Source of the DNA: Yuukianura sp. NJ FZ-2021
Lineage: Eukaryota
Reading direction: 5' to 3'
DNA length: 64,000 nucleotides
NCBI GenBank assembly: GCA_046563655.1
Contig: JAJCTO010000010.1
Coordinates: 1,054,001 to 1,118,000 of the forward strand
In this document: positions 14,251 to 25,300 of the stretch, one piece after another
Layout of the letters: the number at the start of each line of letters is the position of its first letter
Position numbering within the stretch: position 1 is the stretch's first letter
Translations under genes and position numbers: made by a program
Notes under the pieces: generated by a model
The model's input: the letters and a program-made list of their open reading frames with translations, nothing else
Databases searched by the model: none
What the model was told of the DNA's origin: nothing

Positions 14251-15784
14251 ATATTCCCCAACTTGTCCTAATCTACGTCCTCGGAGATTTCCTAGCTAAT
14301 TGTGTGTGCATTGCATGTTAGGCTGAATAAAGTCTGTTCATTTGATGACATGAACTTGAAGCCTGAAGTGCTAAAAGTACTATAATAGCATATGTTAATA
14401 AATCCCAAACGTGGAAACTATACTTAAAAGAGACAACGTGTTCCGTTAAAGAATTGTTTAACTACAAAAGAATTCAGCTACTTCGTCGACTGTATAATGT
14501 CGTGGGGGTCCTATCTGTGGGTTACGCTGAACTGCATGAGGAGGCGGGGGAGGACTATTCCACACAGGGCGGTCATTCTCAAGGCGCTGCACACGTTCCT
14601 GTAGGTCAGCTACCTGTCGTAGTAGACCTTGTACCTGATTTTCTAGCGCCAAAATTCGTCCTTGTGAGTTTTCACCATCGGAAGTGAGAGCTGGCGACTG
14701 TACATGAGGCTGGCTTCTGCTTGAAAGAGGGGATGTTCGATCTCGTCGATGATTTCGAGAATCTGCATATCGTTGGCGCCTTTGCTCATGTGTTTGCGAC
14801 GGTGGCATCTGGACGGTCATCTCTGAACCACTTGATGCGGGAGTCACGTAACCTCGATCGTTGGAGTCATCGATTAAGTCATTCAATGGAGTCCACACAA
14901 TGACGTCTGATGTAGGCAGGAATGTTGACCTTGAGTTACGGGTGTACGGGGCCTGACCTCTATGTAGGATACGGAGTGCGTCGTTCAGGACTTGGTCCTT
15001 GCTCATCTTGGAACCGTATGGAAGTTCGGATTCGTATATTCTCCGTCTAAGTTGTCTGTCTATTACGGCTGCTGTATCAGCAATCCAGCTGAAATAAACT
15101 TCTTCGAATTGGTTAAGCGATTTGTCGAACCTTTGGGCAAGCAGCATAACTACGTCACGCACAAGTTTTTCGTGAGTCGTCTCAGCGATTATGTGAGGGC
15201 GGAATGATGGAAGTGGAATTGGTTGGACGAGAGTTTCATTTGTGAATTGGAATAATTTTCGTAATATAACTCCACATGTAGCCTGATGTTTTGCGCGAAT
15301 TTCAGCTGCGACTCCACTCCATAGGTGCATGATGGCGACAAGATGATTCCGTAAAAGTGGAAGATCATATTTGGAACTGTGATGGCAGACATGGCTAGGC
15401 GGGATGTCGTATGTAAACTGTCTGGAACCGAATGCAGTGAATTTGGTGCAGAGTGAGGAGAAGGATTGTTCTGGAACAATGCCGGTTCGGAAAAGTTTCT
15501 CCAAGTCCAAGGTGGCTACCGGAAAAATGTTTAGGTCTCGTCTCAGCATAATAGATTGTTTGGAACAGTCATACATGACTTTTGGAATTTCTGGGTTGTC
15601 CATTAAGTCTCGGAGCGCGGTGATAGCTTTCTCGGTCAATTGTCTGACATTGAGGACAAATCCTGATAGACAAGTCAGGATAAGGACTGTGATTGTTTCT
15701 CCAAAATATGTCTCCGTGTTTTCTCTGGCGCTGACAAATATCACGTCACGATAAGATGCATCACGAATAAGATCGAGTGCATAC
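13236..15784 (-). mobile_element. Nested 5'-truncated LTR retroelement fragment (ORF + PPT + single LTR)
   Basis: Flanked by the direct repeat AATCG (13231-13235 and 15785-15789); contains a PPT-like AAGTTGGGGAATAT followed by an LTR-like unit. Confidence 0.75.
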
Positions 15785-16143
15785 AATCGCATGACGTCTT
15801 CATTGGTTTTTCCACTAAACGTCGGAATTTTGATTTTATAATTGATTTTTTGTGTAGGGGGTCTAGACCCAGGGATCGGCATTGCGCCTGATTCATCGCT
15901 ATCTTCTTTCAAATGTTTTTTGGGATTTTCTCCAGGATAGTAAGGTTTGAATAGGTATTCCTCTGGATAATTTGGACTTGTAGAGATTGGTGGATAAATA
16001 GGAAGCGTGGTCCTATCTTTCTCAAAAACTTTAGCCAGTGGGCTAGGTCGTAGTATAATTGGAACCCCATTGTGTTTTTTATCAACATCACTGTCTAGTG
16101 TGTTGTCTATATCTTTCTGTTTACTTCTAGTATTCGTAGCCAT
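14458..16143 (-). CDS. Chimeric ORF: Gag N-terminus fused in frame to a DEDDy 3'-5' exonuclease-fold (EXD1/Egalitarian-like) domain with a coiled-coil/Pro-rich tail
   Basis: LRDLMDNPEIPKVMYDCSKQSIMLRRDLNIFPVATLDL resembles the L..LLE...I.KVIHDC....L......FDTQ block of EXD1/Egl. The ExoI position (VIFVSARE) lacks the D-x-E pair. C-terminal heptads ILALENQVQGLLRQVADLQERVQRLE. Confidence 0.55.
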   Translation of the reverse strand: MATNTRSKQKDIDNTLDSDVDKKHNGVPIILRPSPLAKVFEKDRTTLPIYPPISTSPNYPEEYLFKPYYPGENPKKHLKEDSDESGAMPIPGSRPPTQKINYKIKIPTFSGKTNEDVMRLYALDLIRDASYRDVIFVSARENTETYFGETITVLILTCLSGFVLNVRQLTEKAITALRDLMDNPEIPKVMYDCSKQSIMLRRDLNIFPVATLDLEKLFRTGIVPEQSFSSLCTKFTAFGSRQFTYDIPPSHVCHHSSKYDLPLLRNHLVAIMHLWSGVAAEIRAKHQATCGVILRKLFQFTNETLVQPIPLPSFRPHIIAETTHEKLVRDVVMLLAQRFDKSLNQFEEVYFSWIADTAAVIDRQLRRRIYESELPYGSKMSKDQVLNDALRILHRGQAPYTRNSRSTFLPTSDVIVWTPLNDLIDDSNDRGYVTPASSGSEMTVQMPPSQTHEQRRQRYADSRNHRRDRTSPLSSRSQPHVQSPALTSDGENSQGRILALENQVQGLLRQVADLQERVQRLENDRPVWNSPPPPPHAVQRNPQIGPPRHYTVDEVAEFFCS

Positions 16144-16924
16144 TTTAATTGACCAATAATTAAAAAAAAACTGTTCGTTAACAAGAATTAAAAAAAAAAA
16201 ATTCTTACCTTTAATTGACTTTCTCACGTAGATATGACTAGTGGTTCCTTTTGGTTAAAGTTGACAGCTATTTTTACCACTTGGGTTGAGAACTAAAAGC
16301 TCTCTTCTTCTCTGATCTAGATTCCGAAGGACCAACTCAAAGAAACTCGAAGTACCAATGTTGTAGTGTACTAATGTTTCCACTTAAGTTAGTTAAGTGG
16401 AAATTAACTAATTATTACGACTTGAAAAATTAAATTTTGGATCGACAGAAATTGTTAGCTGTAACCTATTAGCTTGGTAAATGTTGACTGACTTCCGATT
16501 TCTAAATTTGAATCGTATTTATCTGCTTTGATGATGCAATAGAGATACGTGGATTAACAACGCACTCCATCAACATGTTGACGATAATTTTGAAATCAGA
16601 AAAACATGTTGATGACAATCTGACCTTAAGGTCAATACCTATAAATAAAAGCTTTCTGTGTCATTCCGAGCTATTAGGGAATTTTAACTAAAATGCCAGA
16701 TGTTTGTTTATCAAAACATGTTGACGATTTTTGAGAATTTTTTAGTAAACATGTTGTTGTCAACCTAACCTTACGGTCAATGTTTTTTTAAAAAATCTAA
16801 AATCTTACTGCGTCATTCTACATTATTGTAAGGTTTTAACTAAGCTACCAGATGTTTGTTTGTTTTAAGTTGGTTGTTGTTTTAACCCTGAGTTCAACCT
16901 TTAGTAGAGTATTACATAAGCTTC

Positions 16925-17097
16925 CTCCATAAGGATTTACTGCGGTTTGAGGGTCGCATTAGAAGACATTGTGCATAAATATACGCCATAAGGATTTGCT
17001 GCGGGTTGTAGGTCCCATAAGGAAACATAGTACATAAATAAGTGTCATAAGGATTTGATGCGGGTTGTAGGTCCCATAAGGAAACATAATGCATAAA
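16925..17097. repeat. ~60-bp tandem repeat (about 3 copies) in the retrotransposon leader
   Basis: cataaggattt..tgcgggttgtaggtcccataaggaaacata..cataaata repeated. Confidence 0.85.
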
Positions 17098-18517
17098 TAC
17101 AAAATTTTCCGCATGTCATAATCAGACTTTTGCTTTACCTATATTTCTTATATTTCATTTTTTGCTGTTTCGAGATGTTAATTTATGGATTACTAGACTT
17201 GCGGAAAATTTTTTAAGTAGAAGGAAAAGTTAAAATTGGGAAAATTTTCAGGAACCAATAAAATCATTAAATAATACATAAAACCAATTAATTTTTTAAT
17301 TTTTTATCTTCAATCTATAATTAGATATTGATACTTTATAATTTAGAACGTTTTTAAATTAAAGAAATAATTCTCATTCGGGGAGTTTTGAACTGATTAC
17401 TTTGCCACTCCATCGTTATATGCCCAACACTTTGCTGCGCCGAACCACATTAAAGCCTAACAAATTCTACCCTGCCACATCTAGAAACCTAATGTATTTG
17501 AACCACTATATTTGTCAGTCTGTTTCCCTTTTGTGATAAGGTTCAAAAAATAAAATTGTTTTTCACTTTTTGAAATTGAATGCGTACTAGAAACGTATTT
17601 TCATGAAAGAAATAGTGAGATCATATCATGATCTCCTCATTTTTGTCCACAACATATTGACTAACTTTTGGTCAACAACATGTTTACTAACTTTTTCGAA
17701 CAACATGTTTACTATCTTTTTTGAACAACATGTTTACTCGACTTTTGGTCTTGATGTTTATGTTTACAACAAAATTACATAATCATTTTGCGCAGTTTCT
17801 GAGGTTTATTTGAAAATTGCGAAATCATTTTATCTAATCGTTCCAAAGGATTGCGAAATTTGGCCTGATCAACAGATGACGCTGCTTTTAACATTTATGC
17901 TTAAAAATTACGTTTATCATTTCTGCCCATTCCAGAGTATTACTGGACAGGATTCTATACTAAATCATGTGTTTTTGTCAATATGTTATCGATGAAAAAT
18001 ATTTTTATTGCTAAATCTTAAGAAAATTTAATTTTATGAGAGTTAGAGACGGTGTTATACTTTGTTAAACTGGTTCCAACCCCCTCGAAAAAATCGTTCT
18101 CGCTACTTGAGTAATGCGATTGTTCAGTAATGGGAAATCTCACCGCTCAAAGCACAAAAACATGTTACTATCAATTTGACCTTTGGGTCATGATAATTTT
18201 AATTATTGTTGATGACCATTCACATATGGATGTCCAAAAGTTTATTTTGTCAACATGTTTTTGTAATTGACCTTTTGGGCCTATCCCAATGTCTGTTTTC
18301 GCTTCCATTGCGCCTTAGGATTCTGATGTCGCATTTACAGGCTAAAATTTGTTGTTTTTGATTTGAAAATTCAAAGTCAAGAAAATTATAAGTTTTTCAT
18401 CTCTCGCAACGTGAAAATTTGAACAATGGAGATAAGCTAACTAACGTTTCTTGACTTTAAAATTTTGTGATTAATTGAATTCAATTTAAACAATTTATTG
18501 CAAACTCTTTTCTACAG

Positions 18518-20502
18518 AACTATCCGTGGCCCAAAGATATTTACGTCCATGAATTTACTGGAGCCCGAATTGTGAATCCCTCAATGTTCTTAAGAGAAAT
18601 TCGGCGGCTACACCAGCGTCAAATTTCCGACCATGGTGGTTTTGTTATTCGTCTTGGGAAAAAAATGGATATTGATGATCAAAAACTTAAATCTGCCTTG
18701 GATATGGCAAGCGGGAAATCTATTGTATACGAATTCAAGAAACAGCGGAACGTTCCATTTCCTGTGCGTAACTTCGTAAAGAAGTGTTGCGACAGTCGAA
18801 CCGGACACGAAATTAAAAGTGCAGTGTACGTTTCACAGCATATTTTAAAAATTTAAATTTAAATAAATTGGGATATAAGTATTAAAATTCCTGTTTTCCT
18901 TGTTTCAGAAATACTGACTTTGTTTGGAATCGGAGGAGCTTGGACAAATTTTTTGAGGGTATCTTTGGGAAAACAAAGCCGTATCAGGAAATGAAGAGGA
19001 TGACAATTGCGTCGAATGAGCGTGGTGTCCTCAATCTGAACGACTTTAAGGATGCTCTATTTTATTGGAAGCAAGGAGATAATTTCAAGACGGATTCTAA
19101 CCGAAAGGTGAGTGTCTATGTGCTAATGTTTCCCAAAAAAAAATTCTGAGGCGTTGATGTTTAAAATTATTTTGAAACTGTATTACAGCGTGGAATAAGA
19201 GGTGTTACAGATGTTGCCATGTATTGGAGTGAACCATTTACTGGGACTGGGTTTCACCCCGAGGTTTGTTAATGTATAGAGAAAATTTCGTAATTATTCT
19301 GATGAAGTCTCTACTTTCGTTTTCTTTTTAAAGGACTGTAATTTTTGCGGAGGTAATTTAATGTTATATGGGGGCTCTAAACTCTGGATTATTTTGAACC
19401 CGGAAAATTCAAAAAAGTTGCTGAAAATACTGAAAAAGCTGTTCAACATTGACTGTGATGGCATTTTCAAGACCAAAAGTTTTATGATTCCTCCCTCATT
19501 ACTACACCAATTGGGCATTCATTATCAGATTTTTATTCAACGCCCTGGAGATTTAGTGGTAACTACCTCCGGATCTGCACATATGGTGCTCAATATGGAT
19601 TTCAGTGTTAGTAAGTGGCGGACAAATTGCGAGTGTTCACTTTTCAATGACAATCATTCTCCATTTAATATATATTTTACGTAAGCTTTTCTTTTCTAAT
19701 TGATTTTTGCAGATGAAAGCGTAAATTTTATTGATCATGACGATCTTCATCAAATTTATAAGGCTGAGAAACGCCTATGTCGATGCGGCTTTGTGGGCCA
19801 CGAACCTCCCCTTGATGTTCAGAAAGAGAGGGAAAACAACCCTTATTTTCTTAAGTAAATTTTCATGTCACTATATCCTACAGCGTTTTTGAATTTAAAT
19901 CCAATCGTTTTATTTTCAATTGGTTAATTATTTTGCTAGGCATGGCCAAGACTTATTCCAATTATTCAATATATCTACAATCGTGTCTGATTTCCTTGAC
20001 CTATTCAAAACTGTACCAGTTGGAAGTGAAAAAGCGCCATTTTATGGGACAATTGATGGCGTTATCTACTCTTTTCCCACCTCAGCTGTCTCTAATGTTG
20101 TACCAACTTCTAGCGCATCGGCTCGTACCCTTTCTGAAGGTATTGTTTTTCCAATTATCTGCTAATAAACCTACAACTCTGTTTTTAATAGATCGAGAGC
20201 CACAACCACATCATAGTCGATCATGCCAATCGATGCTTTTGCCAAATACTGACGGCATTTCAATTTCTGAGCCTTCATCTCACACAGCGGGATTATCTCA
20301 CACGGAGAAATCTGCATTTGGAGCAAGTTTAAATAAATCCTACGTTTGCTCGCAGTGTGGTATGATGTTTAAAACTAAGCAAAATAGATGGACTCATAAT
20401 AAGAACGTTCACATGGGTCAACAATATGAATGCGTTAAATGTAAGGCAACCTTTAAATCGAGTTGGAATCCGCCATCCGCGAAATTGTCTTTGAATTTTT
20501 AG
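18518..20502 (+). CDS. Spliced JmjN/JmjC-domain protein (KDM4/JMJD2-like histone lysine demethylase) with C-terminal C2H2 zinc fingers; start exon not identified
   Basis: Exons 18518-18825, 18909-19107, 19189-19263, 19334-19610, 19713-19854, 19940-20139, 20192-20502; six GT-AG introns, all phase-compatible. The joined protein has GIRGVTDVAMYW..FTGTGFHPEDCNFCGGNLMLYGGSKLW...QRPGDLVVTTSGSAHMVLNMDFSVNESVNF...LCRC, then YVCSQCGMMFKTKQNRWTHNKNVH. AATAAA at 20556-20561. Confidence 0.88.
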
Positions 20503-20780
20503 ACGCAACAAATTTTTTGGCTTAAACAAAGTAACTATTAAATTGCTGATTATGAAATAAAATGTTTGTTATGCTTTCATATTTGTTTTTCGCTTCAATA
20601 TTAATTAAATTTAAACAATTGAATTTTCCGATTAAATTTATTCATAAGACTCTACTATGTGTAACTGAAGGTGTAATGACTCAAGATTATTAAACAAAAA
20701 TGTTCCATACCTTGAAGTTTCCTTATGAGGCTGACCAGAAGAGTCAAATGATCCTCTAATCGTTACCAGAATGATGGCCA

Positions 20781-21080
20781 GGAGGATTTCTGGAGGATTA
20801 CCATGAGGATTACCATGAGGATTACCGGAGGATTACCAGGAGGATTACCGGAGGATTACCAGGAGGATTACCATGAGGATTACCGTGAGGATTACTATGA
20901 GGATTACCGGAGGATTACCGGAGGATTACCAGGAGGATTACCATGAGGATTACCGGAGGATTACCAGGAGGATTACTATGAGGATTACCGTGAGGATTAC
21001 TATGAGGATTACCAGAGGATTACCGGAGGATTACCAGGAGGATTACCATGAGGATTACCGTGAGGATTACCAGGATTACC
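20781..21080. repeat. 12-bp minisatellite (GAGGATTACCNN)n, ~25 copies
   Basis: gaggattaccat/gaggattaccgg/gaggattaccag/gaggattactat in tandem. Confidence 0.95.
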
Positions 21081-21507
21081 CTGGTGTTGGCAGTAGATAT
21101 GAGAAACCTGCTCGCGCTATTGTTCACTATTCATTATAATTTTTGTTAAAAGTTAATGTCCCTAGAAAAACGCTATTGTTTTAAATTTGTTTTCATTCTT
21201 GCTAAATGCTATCTTTCCTAAAAATGCCATTTTTTTTTAATTATTTTCTAATATGACATTTTGTTTATAGTTTTAATTGATTAATTTTTTTCAAATACTT
21301 CTAGTGGAAACATTAGTACAATTGGTTTTGAGTATTCATGTAAGTTGCTTAGCTTACAAGTTGTATTGACTGTAGTTATAGTTTTTATTGGTGCATGATT
21401 TAGAAAACTATAAATTCTCTATTGTACTTCATTGGTATTAAAAAAAATTTAGCTTTACTTACCTTATTGTAGCTTCTGACAATGGTTCTCAAGTAGCGAA
21501 GAAGGAA

Positions 21508-21525
21508 TCCGGTTCGTAAGGGCCA
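21508..21525 (-). promoter_or_regulatory. Primer binding site (tRNA-Tyr-like, imperfect)
   Basis: Minus strand TGGCCCTTACGAACCGGA, 3 nt after the CA end of the 5' LTR. Confidence 0.7.
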
Positions 21526-21528
21526 AAT

Positions 21529-22379
21529 TGTTAGTCTACTCCGCGGCTAACATTCGGTCTAGGTAAGTCCTGAGTGGTGACTTACCTGAAAGCTGGTGGT
21601 TCTTTCCTTCTGTCCCCGAAGCCTGTCTGCCACCGAAGTAGCCGATGGCTCTGAGGTGCTACGGTAGGTGAGAGCTCGACTGTGTAGATGTTATTATGGA
21701 CTGTTCTGTACAACGGAGCGGTAATTTGTTGAAACAATAGAAAGGATGACTGACCATCTACCAAGAGACTAAGCTCTCTGGCCAGAAAAGGGAATAAAGT
21801 TCACTGAACACAATAGCTTTGGTTGAGTAACTACTGTTTATTGTTAGTTGAAACACCCTACTCCAAGTGGAGACTTCACCGTGTTATTGTTCTAGAGTCG
21901 GAGTTCCGCACAACGGAACTCCGACCCTTCAGGACTCTCAGTCTACTCTTATTGTTATAAGAACATTATTGTCCCTAGGGCTAACTATTGTTCAGTCTGA
22001 TTAAGACTGGCTAATCACTAAACTAGACTTAACTAACTAAGGGCTAACCCCTTCAGTCTGACTGACTGTTAATGACTCCCCCAACTAAAGTGAATGCAGG
22101 CTACTTTAAGGTTAAAGGATGACGCAGGTACTCACAAGAGTATTCGCCATTGGCTTAGCTAAGTCCACGTGTGTCCACGTGTTAAAACTATGTTACTGCC
22201 ACGTAAGTTATTGTGTCTTAGAATTATGATTCATGCACCCCTGCTAAGGTTAGATAACTGCGACTTAGAATTACGAGGTTATGAGTTCAGATTACTGCGA
22301 CTTAACATACTACGTCTTATAGTTATGAGTCATGTGCGCCGAGCAAAGTGAGTGGGATGACCCTGTCATAACGCTCACA
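21529..22379 (-). repeat. 5' LTR of the Gypsy element
   Basis: 851-bp direct repeat of 3690-4540, adjacent to the PBS. Confidence 0.95.
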
Positions 22380-25300
22380 GCATGCCTTCACTTTAGATGC
22401 AAACCATGAGTTCTCATATTGACACCATGAATCATGATGACTCACACTTCGATGGAACTTCAGGGAAAAACCGACTATTACATTTTCTAAATCAAAATTG
22501 AACATTCAGCATTTTTGGCCATTTTTGCATAGAATTTTTGGAAAATTCTTTTTTATATTTCCTACCGACTTGCACATTAATTAGATCATGTCTGAAAACT
22601 TCTGCCCAACAAAAGTCCGAAATTGTATTTTAGCACAGCTCCACCATACCACAAGTGCATAAGTCTAACTACGATTTAGGTTTAACTTAGGGTTGAAACT
22701 ATGCAACAAGGTGTTAAACGTTGTGAAAAATGGAATTTATGCGTTTTTACCGCTTATACAAAAATTCTTGGTATTCATCAAATAACGGTCCACTTTGTTG
22801 TAGTGCATAACTGACTAAATCACACGTTGAAAAACATGTTGTAAGCCTCCATTCTTGAGCTTAAACTAGAAGTGCCGGTGAAGTGTCAAGCATGCCTTCA
22901 CTTTAGATGCAAACGATGAGTTCTCATATTGACACCATGAATCATGACAACTCACACTTCAATCGAACTTCAGGGAAAAACCGACTATTACATTTTCTAA
23001 ATCAAAATTGAACATTCAGCATTTTTGGAGATTTCTGAATAGAAATTTTGGAAAATACTTTTTTATATTTCCTACCGCCTTGCACATTAATTAGATCATT
23101 TCTGAAAACTTCTGCCCAACAATAGTCCGAAATTGTATTTTAGCACAGCTCCACCATACCACAAGTGCATAAGTCTAACTACGATTTAGGTTTAACTTAG
23201 GGTTGAAACTATACAACAAGGTGTCAAACGTTGTGAAAAATGGAATTTATGCCTTGTTACCGCTCATACCAAAATTCTTGGTATTCATCAAATAACGGTC
23301 CACTTCGTCGTAGTGCATAACTGACTAAATCACACGTTGAAAAACATGTTGTCAGCCTCCATTCTTGAGCTTAAACTAGAAGTGCCGGTGAAGTGTCAAG
23401 CATGCCTTCACTTCACATGCAAACCATGAGTTCTCACTTTGACACCATGAATCATGATAACTCACACGTCGATGGAACTTCAGGGAAAAACCGACTATTA
23501 CATTTTCTAAATCAAAATTGAACATTCAGCATTTTTGGAGATTTCTGAATAGAAATTTTGGAAAATACTTTTTTATATTTCCTACCGACTAGCACATTAA
23601 ATACATCATGTCTGAAAACTTCTGCCCAACAATAGTCTGAAATTGTTATTTAGCAAAGCATCACCATACCACAAGTGCATAAGTCTAACTACGATTTAGG
23701 TTTAACTTAGGGTTGAAACTATGCAACAAGGTGTTAAACGTTGTGAAAAATGGAATTTATGCGTTTTTACCGCTTATACAAAAATTCTTGGTATTCATCA
23801 AATAACGGTCCACTTTGTTGTAGTGCATAACTGACTAAATCACACGTTGAAAAACATGTTGTCAGCCTCCATTCTTGAGCTTAAACTAGAAGTGCCGGTG
23901 AAGTGTCAAGCATGCCTTCACTTTAGATGCAAACGATGAGTTCTCATTTTGACACCATGAATCATGACAACTCACACTTCAATCGAACTTCAGGGAAAAA
24001 CCGACTATTACATTTTCTAAATCAAAATTGAACATTCGGCATTTTTGGCCATTTTTCCATGAAATTTTTGGAAAATACTTTTTTATATTTCCTACCGCCT
24101 TGCACATTAATTAGATCATTTCTGAAAACTTCTGCCCAACAATAGTCCGAAATTGTATTTTAGCACAGCTCCACCATACCACAAGTGCATAAGTCTAACT
24201 ACGATTTAGGTTTAACTTAGGGTTGAAACTATACAACAAGGTGTCAAACGTTGTGAAAAATGGAATTTATGCCTTGTTACCGCTCATACCAAAATTCTTG
24301 GTATTCATCAAATAACGGTCCACTTCGTCGTAGTGCATAACTGACTAAATCACACGTTGAAAAACATGTTGTCAGCCTCCATTCTTGAGCTTAAACTAGA
24401 AGTGCCGGTGAAGTGTCAAGCATGCCTTCACTTCACATGCAAACCATGAGTTCTCACTTTGACACCATGAATCATGATAACTCACACGTCGATGGAACTT
24501 CAGGGAAAAACCGACTATTACATTTTCTAAATCAAAATTGAACATTCAGCATTTTTGGAGATTTCTGAATAGAAATTTTGGAAAATACTTTTTTATATTT
24601 CCTACCGACTAGCACATTAAATACATCATGTCTGAAAACTTCTGCCCAACAATAGTCTGAAATTGTTATTTAGCAAAGCATCACCATACCACAAGTGCAT
24701 AAGTCTAACTACGATTTAGGTTTAACTTAGGGTTGAAACTATGCAACAAGGTGTTAAACGTTGTGAAAAATGGAATTTATGCGTTTTTACCGCTTATACA
24801 AAAATTCTTGGTATTCATCAAATAACGGTCCACTTTGTTGTAGTGCATAACTGACTAAATCACACGTTGAAAAACATGTTGTCAGCCTCCATTCTTGAGC
24901 TTAAACTAGAAGTGCCGGTGAAGTGTCAAGCATGACTTCACTTTAGATGCAAACGATGAGTTCTCATTTTGACACCATGAATCATGACAACTCACACTTC
25001 AATCGAACTTCAGGGAAAAACCGACTATTACATTTTCTAAATCAAAATTGAACATTCGGCATTTTTGGCCATTTTTCCATGAAATTTTTGGAAAATACTT
25101 TTTTATATTTCCTACCGCCTTGCACATTAATTAGATCATTTCTGAAAACTTCTGCCCAACAATAGTCCGAAATTGTATTTTAGCACAGCTCCACCATACC
25201 ACAAGTGCATAAGTCTAACTACGATTTAGGTTTAACTTAGGGTTGAAACTATACAACAAGGTGTCAAACGTTGTGAAAAATGGAATTTATGCCTTGTTAC

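Larger units (their letters stand above)
12183..16143 (-). pseudogene. gag: Gypsy gag, split by a nested insertion (segments 16143-15785 and 13235-12183, sharing the duplicated 5-bp target) and with a premature stop
   Basis: Removing 13236-15784 plus one TSD copy gives IPTFSGKTNEDVMRFIVKF...LTGTAEAW (capsid). In-frame TAA at 12597-12599. Four zinc knuckles follow (two CX2CX4HX4C, two CX2HX4HX4C). Confidence 0.88.

Noticed and set aside
20873..21139. 88-aa repetitive ORF
   Set aside because: Translation of the 12-bp minisatellite.
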